From: Mobula hypostoma
Taxonomy: Eukaryota
DNA length: 64,000 nt
Direction: 5' to 3'
Assembly: GCF_963921235.1 (NCBI RefSeq)
Contig: NC_086107.1
Location: 114,082,001 to 114,146,000 of the forward strand
The position numbers were made by a program, and so were the translations under genes. This document shows, piece by piece, positions 36,666 to 50,403 of this stretch (positions within the stretch are counted from its first letter, which is position 1; every line of letters begins with the position of its first letter). The notes under the pieces were generated by a model. It saw only the letters and a program-made list of their open reading frames with translations. It had not been told where the DNA came from and did not search any database.

Positions 36666-37324
36666 GAATATTTGGCTGCCAGTTGCCACTGGGATTTCTC
36701 CGTCACTTTTTATTTTTGAAAGGCTTTGTCTTTAAAATTGGTGTCTCATGTTGAGTCATTTCACCTTTAAAACAGGCTAACAGTTTCTGGATGGGGAGGG
36801 ATGGATTCTGTAGGAATTCCAGATAGAGCAATGTCTTCTTTCATTGAGATTCTTAATGTGGGACGCGTCTCTTTCAATGGGGTCTCTGTTAATGAGAGTT
36901 CCCATCTTTAATCGGGATATCTTCTGATGTGAAGCCCCGCCTAAACAGGGTTTGTTACTGAGTACAAGGGGTTTGATGTGGAGATTGTTTCAATCAAGAG
37001 TTTTCTGATCTTTCAGCCCAGGACACTGATATGTGATACTTTGAGTGTTGTGATACGAGAACCCAGTCAGTGCAGAGTCCAGGCAAGTGTGATATCTCAT
37101 CACAATCTCCATCGCTCACTCTCTGTGGTCTAATACTGTTCTTGGTACCAGGAGCACATCTCTTCTCTAGAATGTTCTTTGAATTGAACATTGAAATAGA
37201 ATTTTCATAAGGACCTGAAATGTACGCAGTCACTCAGATTGAGAGCTCCAGAGAGACCTGGGTGTACACACTCAAACACTGGCAGAGAAATGTGTGTAGA
37301 TGTTCAAACACACACAGACACACA

Positions 37325-37363
<39 letters not shown>

Positions 37364-37718
37364 ACACACACACTCACACTGTGAAGGTGATGCGAAGCAG
37401 CTCATCACAAAGTACAACTCTGGGCTGTGACTACTGCTGCTACCACGTCCCCATCAACACTCTGTACGTTATATTTACTCTGCAATCTAGACTGAATTTC
37501 ACAAGTTCAGTGCCCCCATCGAAGTAACAGAAGTAATATTCCCAGTTAAAGGCCCTTCAGTACCTGGTCTGAAACATTATCTCTGTTCCACTCTCCCGAT
37601 TGAGAGAGTTTCTTTAGAACACAGAAGGAACAGGTGCTTCGATCCATCAGCTTTGCCCGCTCACCCTAAACCTATGCCCTCTAGTACCTGACATTTCCAT
37701 CAAGGGGAAGAAAGACTC

Positions 37719-38113
37719 ACCTCCAAGCCAACCACGACCCTGTCGAAGGGTTTGGTAGCTTGCGTGCCCTAATGACCCAGAGAGCTACGCTGGCTGGAGT
37801 CAGGGCTTTATGCTTTGGCTCTTGGTGGGGTCACCAATAGCAAACAGGTCAAAGGGTAGAGGCCAGACTAAGAGTGGTCCACTGACAACCCTGGCTGATC
37901 AAACAGAACTGTTACAGAAACAGCAGTGAAGAGCCTTTCTACATCTGACTGTGACGGTATTCCTGAGTCTCCACCCCGAGACTCGCATGAGTGACAGTAG
38001 TGAAAACCGAGAGGAAGCCACCGGCATGATGAAGGAAGCCCTGAACACCACCAGAGATGGAGAACCTTCATTGCTGCCTGGAACACCAGTGGTGTAACGG
38101 GCAGTCAGTAAGT
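37719..38113 (+). mobile_element. Short RTE-like element (copy D)
   Basis: Same sequence and flanks as 22963-23356. Confidence 0.65.
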
Positions 38114-39540
38114 AAGAAAGACTCTGACCATGTATCCCACCTACTCTTCCGATGATTTTATATATTTCTATCAGGTCACCTGTCAGCCTCTGACACTCCG
38201 TAGAAAACAACCCAAGTTTGTCTAACCTGATCTCGCCAACCCGGGCTGCATTCTAGGGAACCTCTTCAGCGACCTCTCCAAAATCTCCACACCCTTCTTG
38301 CAAATCAGGGCACCAGCACAGCACACCAAATGTGGCCAAACCAAAGCTTTCGATATTTCCTCTGGTGTTTGAGTGTAAGATCAGAGGATGCAGCCTTAGA
38401 ATTGAGGGACATCCATTTAGAATGCAGATGAAGAGGAATTTCTTTAGCCCGAGAGTGAGTGAAACTGTGGAATTTGTTGGCACAGGCAGCTGTGGAGGCC
38501 AAGTCTTTATGTATATCAAAGGCAGAGGTTGACAGAGTCCTGACTGGTCAGGGCATGAATTGATAGGGAGAGAAGGCAGGAGATTGGGGCTGAGAGGGAA
38601 AATGGATGAGCCATGAAGAAAAGGTGGAGTTGACTCAATAGGCCGAATGGCCTAATTCTGCTCCTATATCTCATGTTCTTATTATATTCCATCTGCCAAT
38701 TCTTTGCCCATTCTCCCAATCAGTCTAAGACCTTTTTCAGACACCCTGCTTCCTTCACACTACCTGCCCTTCCACCTGTCTTCATATCGTCCACAGGCTG
38801 GGCAACAAAGCCATCAATTGCTTCATCTAAATCATTGCCATAACGTGTGAAAAGTAGCTGTCCCAACACTGACCCCTGCGGAACACCATCAGTTACCAGC
38901 AGCAAACCAGAAAAGGCTCCCTTTATTCTAACTCTTTGCCTCCTGCCAGGCAGCCAATGTTCTATTCATGCTAATACCTTTCCTGTAATACCATGGGCTC
39001 TTACCTTGTTAAGCAGCCTCATGTGTGGAACCTTGGGCACAGGCCTCCGTGGTATCGAGGTGCGGTGTCCATTATTAAGGACCCCCATCACCCAACACAT
39101 TTCCTCTTCTCATTGTTACTGTCAGGAAGGAGATACAGAAGCCTGAAGCAGACACTCAGAGTTTCAGGGACAACTTCTTCCCCTCTGCTCTCTGATTCCT
39201 AAATGGACATTGAACCAATGAACAGTTCCTCACTCTTTAAAATATATATTATTTTTGTTTGTTGCACTATTTTAAAGTTAACTATTTAATATACAACTAT
39301 ATACTTACTGTCATTAATCTACTTATTTTTCTCTGAATTGTCAAGTATTGCATTGTACTGCTGCTGCTAAGTTAACAAGTTTCGTGACATATACCAGTGA
39401 TAATAAACCTGACTCTCCTTTGTCTATCCTGCCTGTTATTTCCTGAAGGAATTTTAATGGAATTGTCAGACAAGATTTCCCCTTAAGGAAACCACGCTGT
39501 CTTAGGCCTATTTTATCATGTGCTTCCAATTACCTTGAAA

Positions 39541-42500
39541 CCTAGCCCTGACAGAATATTCCCCAGGCTGCTCCATGAGGCGAAGGAAGAGATTGCTGAA
39601 CGTCTGGCTAGGATCGTTATGTCCTCGTTGTCCACGGGAATGGTACCGGAGGACTGGAGGGAGGTGAATGTCGTCCCCTTGCTCAAAAAAGGTAGTAGGG
39701 ATAGTCCGGGTAATTATAGACCTGTGAGCCTTACGTCTGTGGTGGGAAAGCTGTTGGAAAAGATTCTTAGAGATGGGATCTATGGGCATTTAGGGAAACA
39801 TGGTCTGATCAGGGACAGTCAGCATGGCTTTGTGAAGGGCAGATCGTGTCTAACAAGCCTGATAGAGTTCTTTGAGGCGGTGACCAGGCATATAGATGAG
39901 GGTAGTGCAGTGGATGTGATCTATATGGAATTTAGTAAGGCATTTGACAAGGTTCCACACGGTAGGCTTATTCAGAAAGTCAGAAGGCATGGGATCCAGG
40001 GAAGTTTGGCCAGGTGGATTCAGAATTGGCTTGCCTGCAGAAGGCAGAGGGTCGTGGTAGAGGGAGTACATTCGGATTGGATTACTGTGACTAGTGGTGT
40101 CCAACAAGGATCTGTTCTGGGACCTCCACTTTTCGTGATTTTTATTAACGACCTGGATGTCGGCGTAGAAGGGTGGGTTGGCGAGTTTGCAGACGACACA
40201 AAGGTTGGTGGTGTTGTAGATAGTGTAGAAGATTGTCAAATATTGAGAGAGACATTAATAGGATGCAGAAATGGGCTGTGAAGTGGCAGATGGAGTTCAA
40301 CCCGGAGAAGTGATAGGTGGTACACTTTGGAAGGACAAACTCCAAAGCAGAGTACAAACTAAATGGCAGGATACTTGGTAGTGTGGAGAAGCAGAGGGAT
40401 CTGGGGGTATATGTCAACAGATCCCTGAAAGTTGCCTCACAGGTGGATAGGGTAGTTAAGAAAGCTTATGGGGTGTGAGCTTTCAGAAGTCAAGGTATAG
40501 AGTTTAAGAGTTGCGATGTACTGATGCAGCTCTATAAAACTCTGGTTAGGCCACACTTGGAGTACAACAATTGTTCATCCCAGTTTGGCAAAAGAATAAA
40601 TCAAGGAAGGTAGTGCACTCGTGGCTGACAAGGGAAATTAGGGATAGTATCAATTCCAAAGAAGAAGCATACAAATTAGCCAGAAAAAGTGGCTCACCTG
40701 AGGACTGGGAGAAATTCAGAGTTCAGCAGAGGAGGACAAAGGGCTTAATTAGGAAGGGGGAAAAAGATTATGAGAGAAAACTGACAGGGAACATAAAAAC
40801 AGACTGTAAAAGCTTTTATAGATATGTGAAAAGAAGAAGATTGGTTAAGACAAATGTAGGTCCCCTACAGACAGAAACAGGTGAAGCAAGGACATGGCAG
40901 ACCAATTGAATAATTACTCTGGTTCTGTCTTCACTAAGGAGGACATAAATAATCTTCCGGAAATAGTAGGGGACAGACGGTCCAGTGAGATGGAGGAACT
41001 GAGGGAAATACATGTTAGTAGGGAAGTGGTATTAGGTAAATTGAAGGGATTAAAGGCAGATAAATCCCCAGGGCCAGATGGTCTGCATCCCAGAGTGCTT
41101 AAGGAAGTAGCCCAAGAAATAGTGGATGCATTAGTGATAATTTTTCAAAACTCTTTAGATTCGGGACTAGTTCCTGAGGATTGGAGGGTGGCTAATATAA
41201 CCCCACTTTTTAAAAAATGAGGGAGAGAGAAACCAGGGAATTATAGACCAGTTAGCCTAACATCGGTGGTGGGGAAACTGCTAGAGTCAGTTATCAAAGA
41301 TGTGATAACAGCACATTTGGAAAGCGGTGAAATCATCGGACAAAGTCAGCATGGATTTGTGAAAGGAAAATCATGTCTGACGAATCTCATAGAATTTTTT
41401 GAGGATGTAACTAGTAGAGTGGATAGGGGAGAACCAGTGGATCTGGTATATTTGGATCTTCAAAAGGCTTTTGACAAGGTCCCACACAGGAGATTAGTGT
41501 GCAAACTTAAAGCACCCGGTATTGGGGGAAAGGTATTGATGTGGATGGAGAATTGGTTGGCAGACAGGAAGCAAAGAGTGGGAATAAACGGGACCTTTTC
41601 AGAATGGCAGGCAGTGACTAGTGGGGTACCGCAAGGCTCAGTGCTGGGACCCCAGTTGTTTACTATATATATTAATGACTTGGATCAGGGAATTAAATGC
41701 AGCATCTCCAAGTTTGCGGATGACACGAAGCTGGGCAGCAGTGTTAACTGTGAGGAGGATGCTAAGAGGATGCAGGGTGACTTGGATAGGTTAGGTGAGT
41801 GGGCAGATTCATGGCAGATGCAATTTAATGTGGATAAATGAGAAATTATCCACTTTGGTGGCAAAAACAGGAAAACAGATTATTATCTGAATAGTGGCCG
41901 ATTAGGAAAAGGGGAGGTGCAATGAGACCTGGGTGTCATTATACACCAGTCATTGAAAGTGGGCATGCAGGTACAGCAGGCGGTGAAAAAGGCGAATGGC
42001 ATGCTGGCATTAATAGCGAGAGGATTCGAGTACAGGCGCAGGGAGGTACTACTGCAGTTGTACAAGGCCTTGGTGAGACCACACCTGGAGTATTGTGTGC
42101 AGTTTTGGTCCCCTAATCTGAGGAAAGACATCCTTGCCATAGAGGGAGTACAAAGAAGATTAACCAGATTGATTCCTGGGATGGCAGGACTTTCATATGA
42201 TGAAAGACTGGATGAACTAGGCTTATCCTCGTTGGAATATAGAAGATTGAGGGGGGATCTGATTGAAACGTATAAAATCCTAAAGGGATTGGACAGGCTA
42301 GATGCAGGAAGATTGTTCCCGATGTTGGGGAAGTCTAGAGCGAGGGGTCACAGTTTGAGGATAAAGGGGAAGCCTTTTAGGACCGAGATTAGGAAAAACT
42401 TCTTCACACAGAGAGTGGTGAATCTGTGGAATTCTCTGCCACAGGAAACAGTTGAGGCCAGTTCATTGGCTATATTTAAGAGGGAGTTAGATATGGCCCT

Positions 42501-43175
42501 TGTGGCTAAAGGGATCAGAGGGTATGGAGGTAAGGCTGGTACAGGGTTCTGAGTTGGATGATCAGCCATGATCATACTGAATGGCAGTGCAGGCTCGAAG
42601 GGCCGAATGGCCTACTCCTGCACCTATTATCTATGTTTATGTGTTTCTATGTACTGTGTCCAGTTCTGGTCGCCTCACTATAGGAAGGATGTGGAAGCAT
42701 TGGAAAGGATACAGAGGAGATTTACCAGGATGCTACCTGGTTTAGAGAGTATGCATTATGATCAGAGATTAAGGGAGCTAGGGCTTTACTCTTTGGAGAG
42801 AAGGAGGATGAGAGGAGACATGATAGAGGTGTACAAGATAATAAGAAGAATAGATAGAGTGGATAGCCAGTGCCTCATCCCCAGGGCACCACTGCTCAAT
42901 ACAAGAGGACATGGCTTTAAGGTAAGGGGTGGGAAGTTCAAGGGGGAAATTAGAGGAAGGTTTTTTACTCAGAGAGTGGTTGGTGCGTGGAATGCACTGC
43001 CTGAGTCAGTGGTGGAGGCAGATACACTCGTGAAATTTAAGAGACTACTGGACAGGTATATGGAGGAATTTAAGGTGTGGGGCTTATATGGGAGGCAGAA
43101 TTTGAGGGTCGGAACAACGTTGTGGGCCGAAGGGCCTGTACTGTGCTGTACTATTCTATGTTCTATGTTCTATGT
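39541..43175 (+). mobile_element. CR1 LINE orthologous to 29880-31418, interrupted by a second CR1
   Basis: Same 5' and 3' junctions as in copy C; ORFs 39520..40281 and 42568..43179. Confidence 0.92.
40566..42650 (+). mobile_element. Nested 5'-truncated CR1 of the 13850-16728 subfamily
   Basis: Closely matches 14633-16728; splits host ccacacttggagtac/tgtgtccag with GTAC on both sides. Confidence 0.93.
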
Positions 43176-44977
43176 TTAATAACAGACTCAAATAACGTAC
43201 CAGCCACTGAGGTCAGGCTAACAGGCATATAATTTCCTATCTTCTGCCTCTCTCCCTTCTTGAAGAGTGGAATGACATTTGCAATTTTCCTGCCCTCCAG
43301 AACCATTCCAGATTCCAGTGGTTTTTGAAAAATCATTACTAATGCCTCCTCAATCTTTTCACTAAATTCTTTCAGAACCCTGGGATGAAGTCCATCTGGT
43401 CCAGGTGACTTATCCACCTTCAAAACTTCCAGCTTCGCAAGCACTCTCTTCTGTCCCTTGACACTTGTATTTTTGGCATTCTGCTAGTGTTTTCCACAGT
43501 GAAGACTGATGAAAAATACTTATTAAGTTCATTGGACATTTCTTTGTCTCTCATTACCACAACTCCAGCATTATTTTCCAGTAGTCCAATATCTGCTCTT
43601 TTACTCTTAATATGTATGAAAAACCTTTGTATCCTCTTTGATGTTATTGTCCAGCTTGCTTTCATATTTAATCTTTTTGCTCCATATACATATATTTTTT
43701 TTGTTGCATTCTATAGGTTTTAAAATCTTTCAAATCTCAGAAAAGCTTCCCAGTATTTGTTCTGGCATTGTTGTTCTGGCATCATCCCTGCTAATGTCCC
43801 CTTCCAGACAAATGTGGCCAACTCCTCCCTCAAGGCGCTGTTACAAGCCTTTTCTATTTCCTGTTGAATTTTATATCCCACAACCTGGCTATTGTTCGAG
43901 GCCTATAAATCCCATCAGGGTCTTTTCCCCGTTGCAGTTTCTTAACTCTACCACAACAATTCTACATCTTACGATCTTATGTCACCTCTTTCTAAGACTT
44001 TGATTTCATTTTTGACCAACAGAGCAACCCCCCCACCCCCACCCATTGCCCACTGGGTTCCAGAGGGCTCTGACTTTCCCAATGTGCCTTTACCCCCAGA
44101 AACAGCCTGTGAGTCTGGGGAAACGCCTGGGGCTGGGAAATTAGCACCATGAATGGACAGCCCAGACCCCACCACACACTCCCTCACTGAGGACTTGACG
44201 CCCGAGCAGGTGGGCTCAGCTCGGCCTGGAAACAAGACAGACACCTGGCTGAAGGTGACCTGGGCCTGAGGTTTCATGTTGGACACCAGGCCCAAAGCTT
44301 GCTGATGACCAAACTGGGGATCAAGCCGGAGATCAGTACTGGAGCTTTCAGTCCTGTGTCCCGAGGCCAGCAGAGACAGCAACGGCCAATCCAGGTTTTA
44401 GGTTCTGAGCGACTGAAGTGAAAACTGAGAGCTGGGTAGAGCAGCCCAACAGCACTTGTGCTGAGCTGGAGACAGTCAGCTTCAGGGTAGAACAACGGCT
44501 GTGAGCCCAGACAGGAGACTGCCAAGAGGTGATTATGTTGGAGATTGTCAGGCTGAGAGTAGAACAAGAGCTCTGAGCAGTCTCAAGGGGAGATCGTTCT
44601 GCCAACTGGTGTACTTGGGTGCAGAGGATGAGCAATAAAGAAGGCCGAAGCCTGTGACCTGGGCCCAGAACCAGCTTGTAGTCAATGTTTGACTTAAAAG
44701 CAAAATTCAAAATAAAACAAGTTATTTGCACAGCCTCAAACTAATCTCTACCAGCATCAGCGGCAGTGCTGAGGGGCGCGATAATTCAGAGGCAGTGGTT
44801 AGCAGGTCTGAAGTCACAAAAACTACAGCGTAACACCAGAAGAGCTGTAAATAAACAAAAACGAGCAGGAGGGGAGAGGAGAGAGTGTGGGGCAAAACAG
44901 CCCAGGCCACAACAATAACCAGGGCACAGAAAAATCAAAATAGCCCACTGCAGAGTAACATAGACAGCAGTGAGGGC

Positions 44978-46523
44978 ACAGGTCTGCCCATGAGGCAGAG
45001 AGGGACTGAGAGACACTGGTCAGTGTACAGATCTCCCCCTGAGAGAGAGGGACTGAGGGACACTGGTCAGTGTACAGATCTCCCCCTGAGAGAGAGGGAC
45101 TGAGAGACACCGGTCAGTGTACAGATCTCCCCTGAGAGAGAGGGAATGAGAGACACCGGTCAGTGTACAGATCTCCCCTGAGAGACAGGGACTGAGAGAC
45201 ACCGGTCAGTGTACAGATCTCCCCTAAGAGAGAGGGACTGAGAGATACCGGTCAGTGTACAGATCTCCCCCTGAGAGAGAGGGACTGAGAGACACCGGTC
45301 AGTGTACATATCTCCCCCTGAGAGAGGGGGGAACTGAGAGACACCAGTCAGTGTACAGATCTCCCACTGAGAGAGGGGGGAACTGAGAGACACCGGTCAG
45401 TGTACAGATCTCCTCTGAGAGAGAGGGACTGGGAGACATGGTCAGTGTACACATCTCCCCATGAGGCAGAGAGGGACTGAGAGACACCAGTCAGTGTACA
45501 GATCTCCCCCTGAGAGAGAGGGACTGAGAGACAGTGGTCAGTGTACTGATCTCCCCTAAGAGAGAGGGATTGAGAGACACCGGTCAGTGTACAAATCTCC
45601 CCCTGAGAGAGAGGGACTGAGAGACACTGGTCAGTGTACACATCTCCCCTGAGAGAGAGGGACTGAGAGACACTGGTCAGTGTACAGATCTCCCCTAAGA
45701 GAGAGGGACTGAGAGACACCGGTCAGTGTACAGATCTCCCCTGAGAGAGAGGGATTGAGAGACACCAGTCAGTGTACAAATCTCCCCTGAGAGAGAGGGA
45801 TTGAGAGACACCGGTCAGTGTACAAATCTCCCCCTGAGAGAGAGGGACTGAGAGACACCGGTCAGTGTACAGATCTCCCCCTGAGAGAGGGGGGAACTGA
45901 GAGACACCGGTCAGTGTACAGATCTCCTCTAAGAGAGAGGGATTGAGAGACACCGGTCAGTGTACAGATCTCCCCCTGAGAGAGAGGGACTGAGAGACAC
46001 TGGTCAGTGTACAAATCTCCCCTGAGAGAGAGGGACTGAGAGACACCGGTCAGTGTACAGATCTCCCCTGAGAGAGAGGGATTGAGAGACACCGGTCAGT
46101 GTACAAATCTCCCCCTGAGAGAGAGGGGAACTGAGAGACACCGGTCAGTGTACAGATCTCCTCTGAGAGAGAGGGACTGGGAGACATGGTCAGTGTACAG
46201 ATCTCCCCATGAGGCAGAGAGGGACTGAGAGACACCAGTCAGTGTACAGATCTCCCCCTGAGAGAGAGGGACTGAGAGACAGCGGTCAGTGTACTGATCT
46301 CCCCTGAGACAGAGGGACTGAGAGACAGCGGTCAGTGTACTGATCTGTCCCTGAGAGAGAGGGACTGAGAGACACCGGTCAGTGTACAGATCTCCCCCTG
46401 AGAGAGAGGGAGTGAGAGACACCGGTCAGTGTACAGATCTCCCCCTGAGCGAGAGGGAGTGAGAGACACCGGTCAGTGTACAGATCTCCCCCTGAGAGAC
46501 AGGGACTGAGAGACACCGGTCAG
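44978..46523 (+). repeat. 47-bp satellite array
   Basis: Tandem monomers with 46-48 bp variants. Confidence 0.97.
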
Positions 46524-47940
46524 CATATTTCCCTCCAAGCTGTGCGCACGCACACACGTTTTTCAACCAGCGCAGAAAGGAAATTAATGTGCGCACAAAA
46601 GGTTTGTTACCTAAAATAATGTCGTAATTAATAATTATACTTATTTAGAATAATCTTTTAGATGACTGTTTCTGTTAGGTAGTTAGTTGGTTTTTCAAAT
46701 ACCACAATGTGCGTCACTAATTTACGTCACCTTACCTTTCCTGTTCTGGTTTGTACAGCTGCATCACGGCGGCAGCCATGTTTGGCGGACAGTGTTCATA
46801 TTGTAAAGTTTACAAAGGTCTGTTTCAAATCCTGTAGATAGCTTACTAAGTCTTTACCTGAAAAAATATTGATTCACAAAGTCGAATGCAAAAGAAGCAA
46901 AGGGAGTGAAGCGCAAAAGAACCGCAAATTTATTTAAAGTTGAATGGCTTCACAAAATAGTAGAAACTGCTACTCCAAAAGCTCATGAGGTCATGAACAT
47001 TCAGCTACGAGAAATATTTACGTATAGTTCTGAAACTGGAGTTATCTGTTTGTATTATCGTGATGTGAAAGTTGCTGGGAATTTGCTAGTGGAAAGAAGT
47101 GGGATGTTATTTGGAAAGTTGACTTTTTGAAGCATCATTTGGCAAGTAAATCGCATTTGGACGGTGTACAAAAGCTCAGGCAACAGAACCTGTCATTACC
47201 CGTTACTGGAGTGCTACGCATGTTACGGTTGAGTGCAGATGAGCGAGAGCGAAAACGATGAAACCCAGAGGAGATCACAGTTGAGGTATAAGAATGGTCA
47301 GCTTTTGATTTCTTCACAATTGCAGATTGTGACTTCACATTTGGCGATGAACAAGTTAATGCCTTATGTCTAAAACATCATGATTTTCTAGCTAAAAATA
47401 TTGTAATAGTTAGACAGTTTAATGATTTCAACTTTTCCGTGCAAGAAAAAATTAAATCCACACCGATTTCAAACTTTGCTCAAATAGTGGCATTTGTACT
47501 GTAAAATGAACAGTTTTGTGACCTTGCACAGCTGATGGACATTGGGGGAACCTTATTTACGTCTCGTGCTGACTGTGAGCCTGGTTTCAGCCTAATGAAT
47601 CAACTCAAAAACAAGCTGAGAAACCGTTTAGGTGAATGTCATTTGGATATGTTAATGACAATCAAAAGCTATCAATTGGTTGGAATTTCGATTAGTCGAG
47701 ATAGAGTTTACAAAGAATGGGTAAATGCCAAAGACAGGAGAGAGAAAAAGTAACTGAGTGACTTAAATATGTAAGTTATTTTGTAGTTATTCCGTGCAGT
47801 TTTATGTCAAATATTTTGTAAACCTGCATAAACTGTACCATGTGTGCATTCAGTGCGCACATACTGTTGTCACAGGAAAAACATTTGCAAAACATAATAT
47901 TTTTGTGCACACTGACTACTAAAAATTAGACGGAACATTA
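46524..47940 (+). mobile_element. Internally deleted hAT transposon (copy D)
   Basis: Matches 34892-36291; CCGGTCAG at 46516-46523 and 47941-47948. Confidence 0.88.
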
Positions 47941-48374
47941 CCGGTCAGTGTACAGATCTCCCCTGAGAGAAAGGGACTGAGAGACACCAGTCAGTGTACA
48001 GATCTCCCCCTGAGAGAGAGGGACCGAGAGACACTAGTCAGTGTACAGATCTCCCCCTGAGAGAGAGGGACTGAGAGACACCGGTCAGTGTACAGATCTC
48101 CCCCTGAGAGAGGGACTGAGAGACACTAGTCAGTGTACAGATCTCCCCCTGAGAGAGAGAGACTGAGAGACACTAGTCAGTGTACAGATCTCCCCCTGAG
48201 AGAGAGGGACTGAGAGACACCGGTCAGTGTACAGATCTCCCCCTGAGAGAGGGACTGAGAGACACCGGTCAATGTACAGATCTCCCCCTGAGAGAGAGGG
48301 ACTGAGAGACACTAGTCAGTGTACAGATCTCCCCCTGAGAGAGAGGGACTGAGAGACACTAGTCAGTGTACAGA
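47941..48374 (+). repeat. 47-bp satellite array (last monomer resumes at 49298-49345)
   Basis: Tandem monomers, many with the actagtc variant. Confidence 0.96.
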
Positions 48375-49297
48375 CAACACACATCAAAGTTGCTGGTGAA
48401 CGCAGTAGGCCAGGCAGCATCTCTAGGAAAAGGTGCAGTCGACGTTTCAGGCCGAGACCCTTCGTCAGGACTAACTGAAGGAAGAGTGAGTAAGAGATTT
48501 GAAAGTGGGAGTGGGAGGGGGAGATCCAAAATGATAGGAGAAGACAGGAGGGGGAGGGATGGAGCCAGAGCTGGACAGGTGATAGGTAAAAGGGATACCA
48601 GGAGATCATGGGACAGGAGGTCCGGGAAGAAAGACAGGTGCGGGGGGAACCCAGAGGATGGGCAAGGGGTATAGTCAGAGGGACAGAGGGAGAAAAAGGA
48701 GAGAGAGAGAAAGAATGTGTGTATAAAAATAAGTAACAGATGGAGTACGAGGGGGAGGTGGGGCATTAGCGGAAGTTAGAGAAGTCGATGTTCATGCCAT
48801 CAGGTTGGAGGCTATCCAGGTGGAATATAAGGTGTTGTTCCTCCAACCTGAGTGTGGCTTCATCTTTACAGTAGAGGAGGCCGTGGATAGACATGTCAGA
48901 ATGGGAATGGGATGTGGAATTAAAATGTGTGGCCACTGGGAGATCCTGCTTTCTCTGGTGGACAGAGCATAGGTGTTCAGCAAAGCGGTCTCCCAGTCTG
49001 CATTGGGTCTCGCCAATATATAAGAGGCCACATCGGGAGCACTGGACGCAGTATATCACCCCAGCCGACTCACAGGTGAAGTGTTGCCTGATCTGGAAGG
49101 ACTGTTTGGGGCCCTGAATGGTGGTAAGGGAGGAAGTGTAAGGGCATGTGTAGCACTTGTTCCGCTTACACAGATAAGTGCAAGGACGGAGATCAGTGGG
49201 GAGGGATGGGGGGACGAATGGACAAGGGAGTCACTAGCAAAGCCAGTCTGCGTCGGGTCTCGCCAATATATAAGAGGCCACATCGGGAGCACCAGAA
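48375..49297 (-). mobile_element. Penelope-like element (same family as 19259-20947), GIY-YIG region and 3' end
   Basis: ORF 48766..49059 IYCVQCSRCGLLYIGET; 12-bp direct repeat TCAGTGTACAGA at 48363-48374 and 49298-49309. Confidence 0.92.
48437..48472 (-). ncRNA. Minimal type I hammerhead ribozyme motif
   Basis: Reverse complement is identical to 20815-20850. Confidence 0.8.
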
Positions 49298-50025
49298 TCA
49301 GTGTACAGATCTGTCCCCGAGGGAGAGACTGAGAGACACCGGTGAATGTTTGGTACTCTGAGTGCAGCCAGTCACCACTGGGATTTCTCCTTCAATTTTC
49401 ATTTTTGAAAGGCTTTGTCTTTAAAATTGGTGTCTCATGTAGAGTCATTTCATCTTCAAAACAGGCTAACAGTTTCTGGATGGGCAGAGATGGATTCTGT
49501 AGGAGTTCCGGATAGAGCAATGTCTTCTTTCATTGGGATTCTTAATGTGGGAGGCGTCTCTTTCAATGGGGTCTGATATGATCTTCTGATATGAAGCCCT
49601 GCCTAAACAGGGTTTGTTACTGAGGTTAAACCTCTGTGCAAGGGATTTGATGTGGAGATTGTTTCCATGAGAGATTTCTGATCTTTCAGCCAGGACACTG
49701 ATGTGTGATAATTTGGGTCTTGTGATACAAGAAACCCAGTCTGTACAGAGTCCAGGCAAGTGTGATATCTCATCACAATCTCCATCGCTCGCTCTCTGTG
49801 GTGTAACACTGTTCTTGCTACCAGGAGCACATCTCTTCTCTAGAATGTTCTTTGAATTGAACATTGAAATATAATTTTCATAAGGACCCATAAAGACCCA
49901 AAATTTACACAGTCACTCAGATTAAGAGCTCCAGAGAGACCTGGGTGTACACACTCAAACACTGGCAGAGAAATGTGTGTAGATGTTCAAACACACAGAC
50001 AGACACAGACACACACACACACACA

Positions 50026-50067
<42 letters not shown>

Positions 50068-50403
50068 GAAGGTGATATGAAGCAGCTCATCACAAAGTAC
50101 AACTCTGGGCTGTGACGACTGCTGCTACCACGTCCCCATCAACACTCTGTACGTTATATTTACTCTGCAATCTAGACTGAATTTCACAAGTTCAGTGCCC
50201 CCATCGAAGTAACAGAAGTAATATTACCGGTTAAAGGCCCTTCAGTACCTGGTCTGAAGCATTATCTCTGTTCCACTCTCCCGATTGAGAGAGTTTCTTA
50301 AGAACACAGAAGGAACAGGTGCTTCGATCCATCAGTTTTGCCCGCTCACCCTAAACCTATGCCCTCTAGTACCTGACATTTCCATCAAGGGGAAGAAAGA
50401 CTC

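Larger units (their letters stand above)
27141..36950 (+). repeat. Copy C: long composite unit (9.8 kb)
   Basis: Same order of blocks as copies D and E; anchor tttgttactgag at 27141, 36951 and 49613. Confidence 0.93.
36951..49612 (+). repeat. Copy D: long composite unit (12.7 kb with private CR1 and Penelope inserts)
   Basis: Colinear with copy C; offset 9660 at the RTE-like element. Confidence 0.93.

Noticed and set aside
44978..46523. Hammerhead ribozyme in the satellite monomer
   Set aside because: CTGAGAGA does not fit CUGANGA and there is no GAAA box in the consensus.
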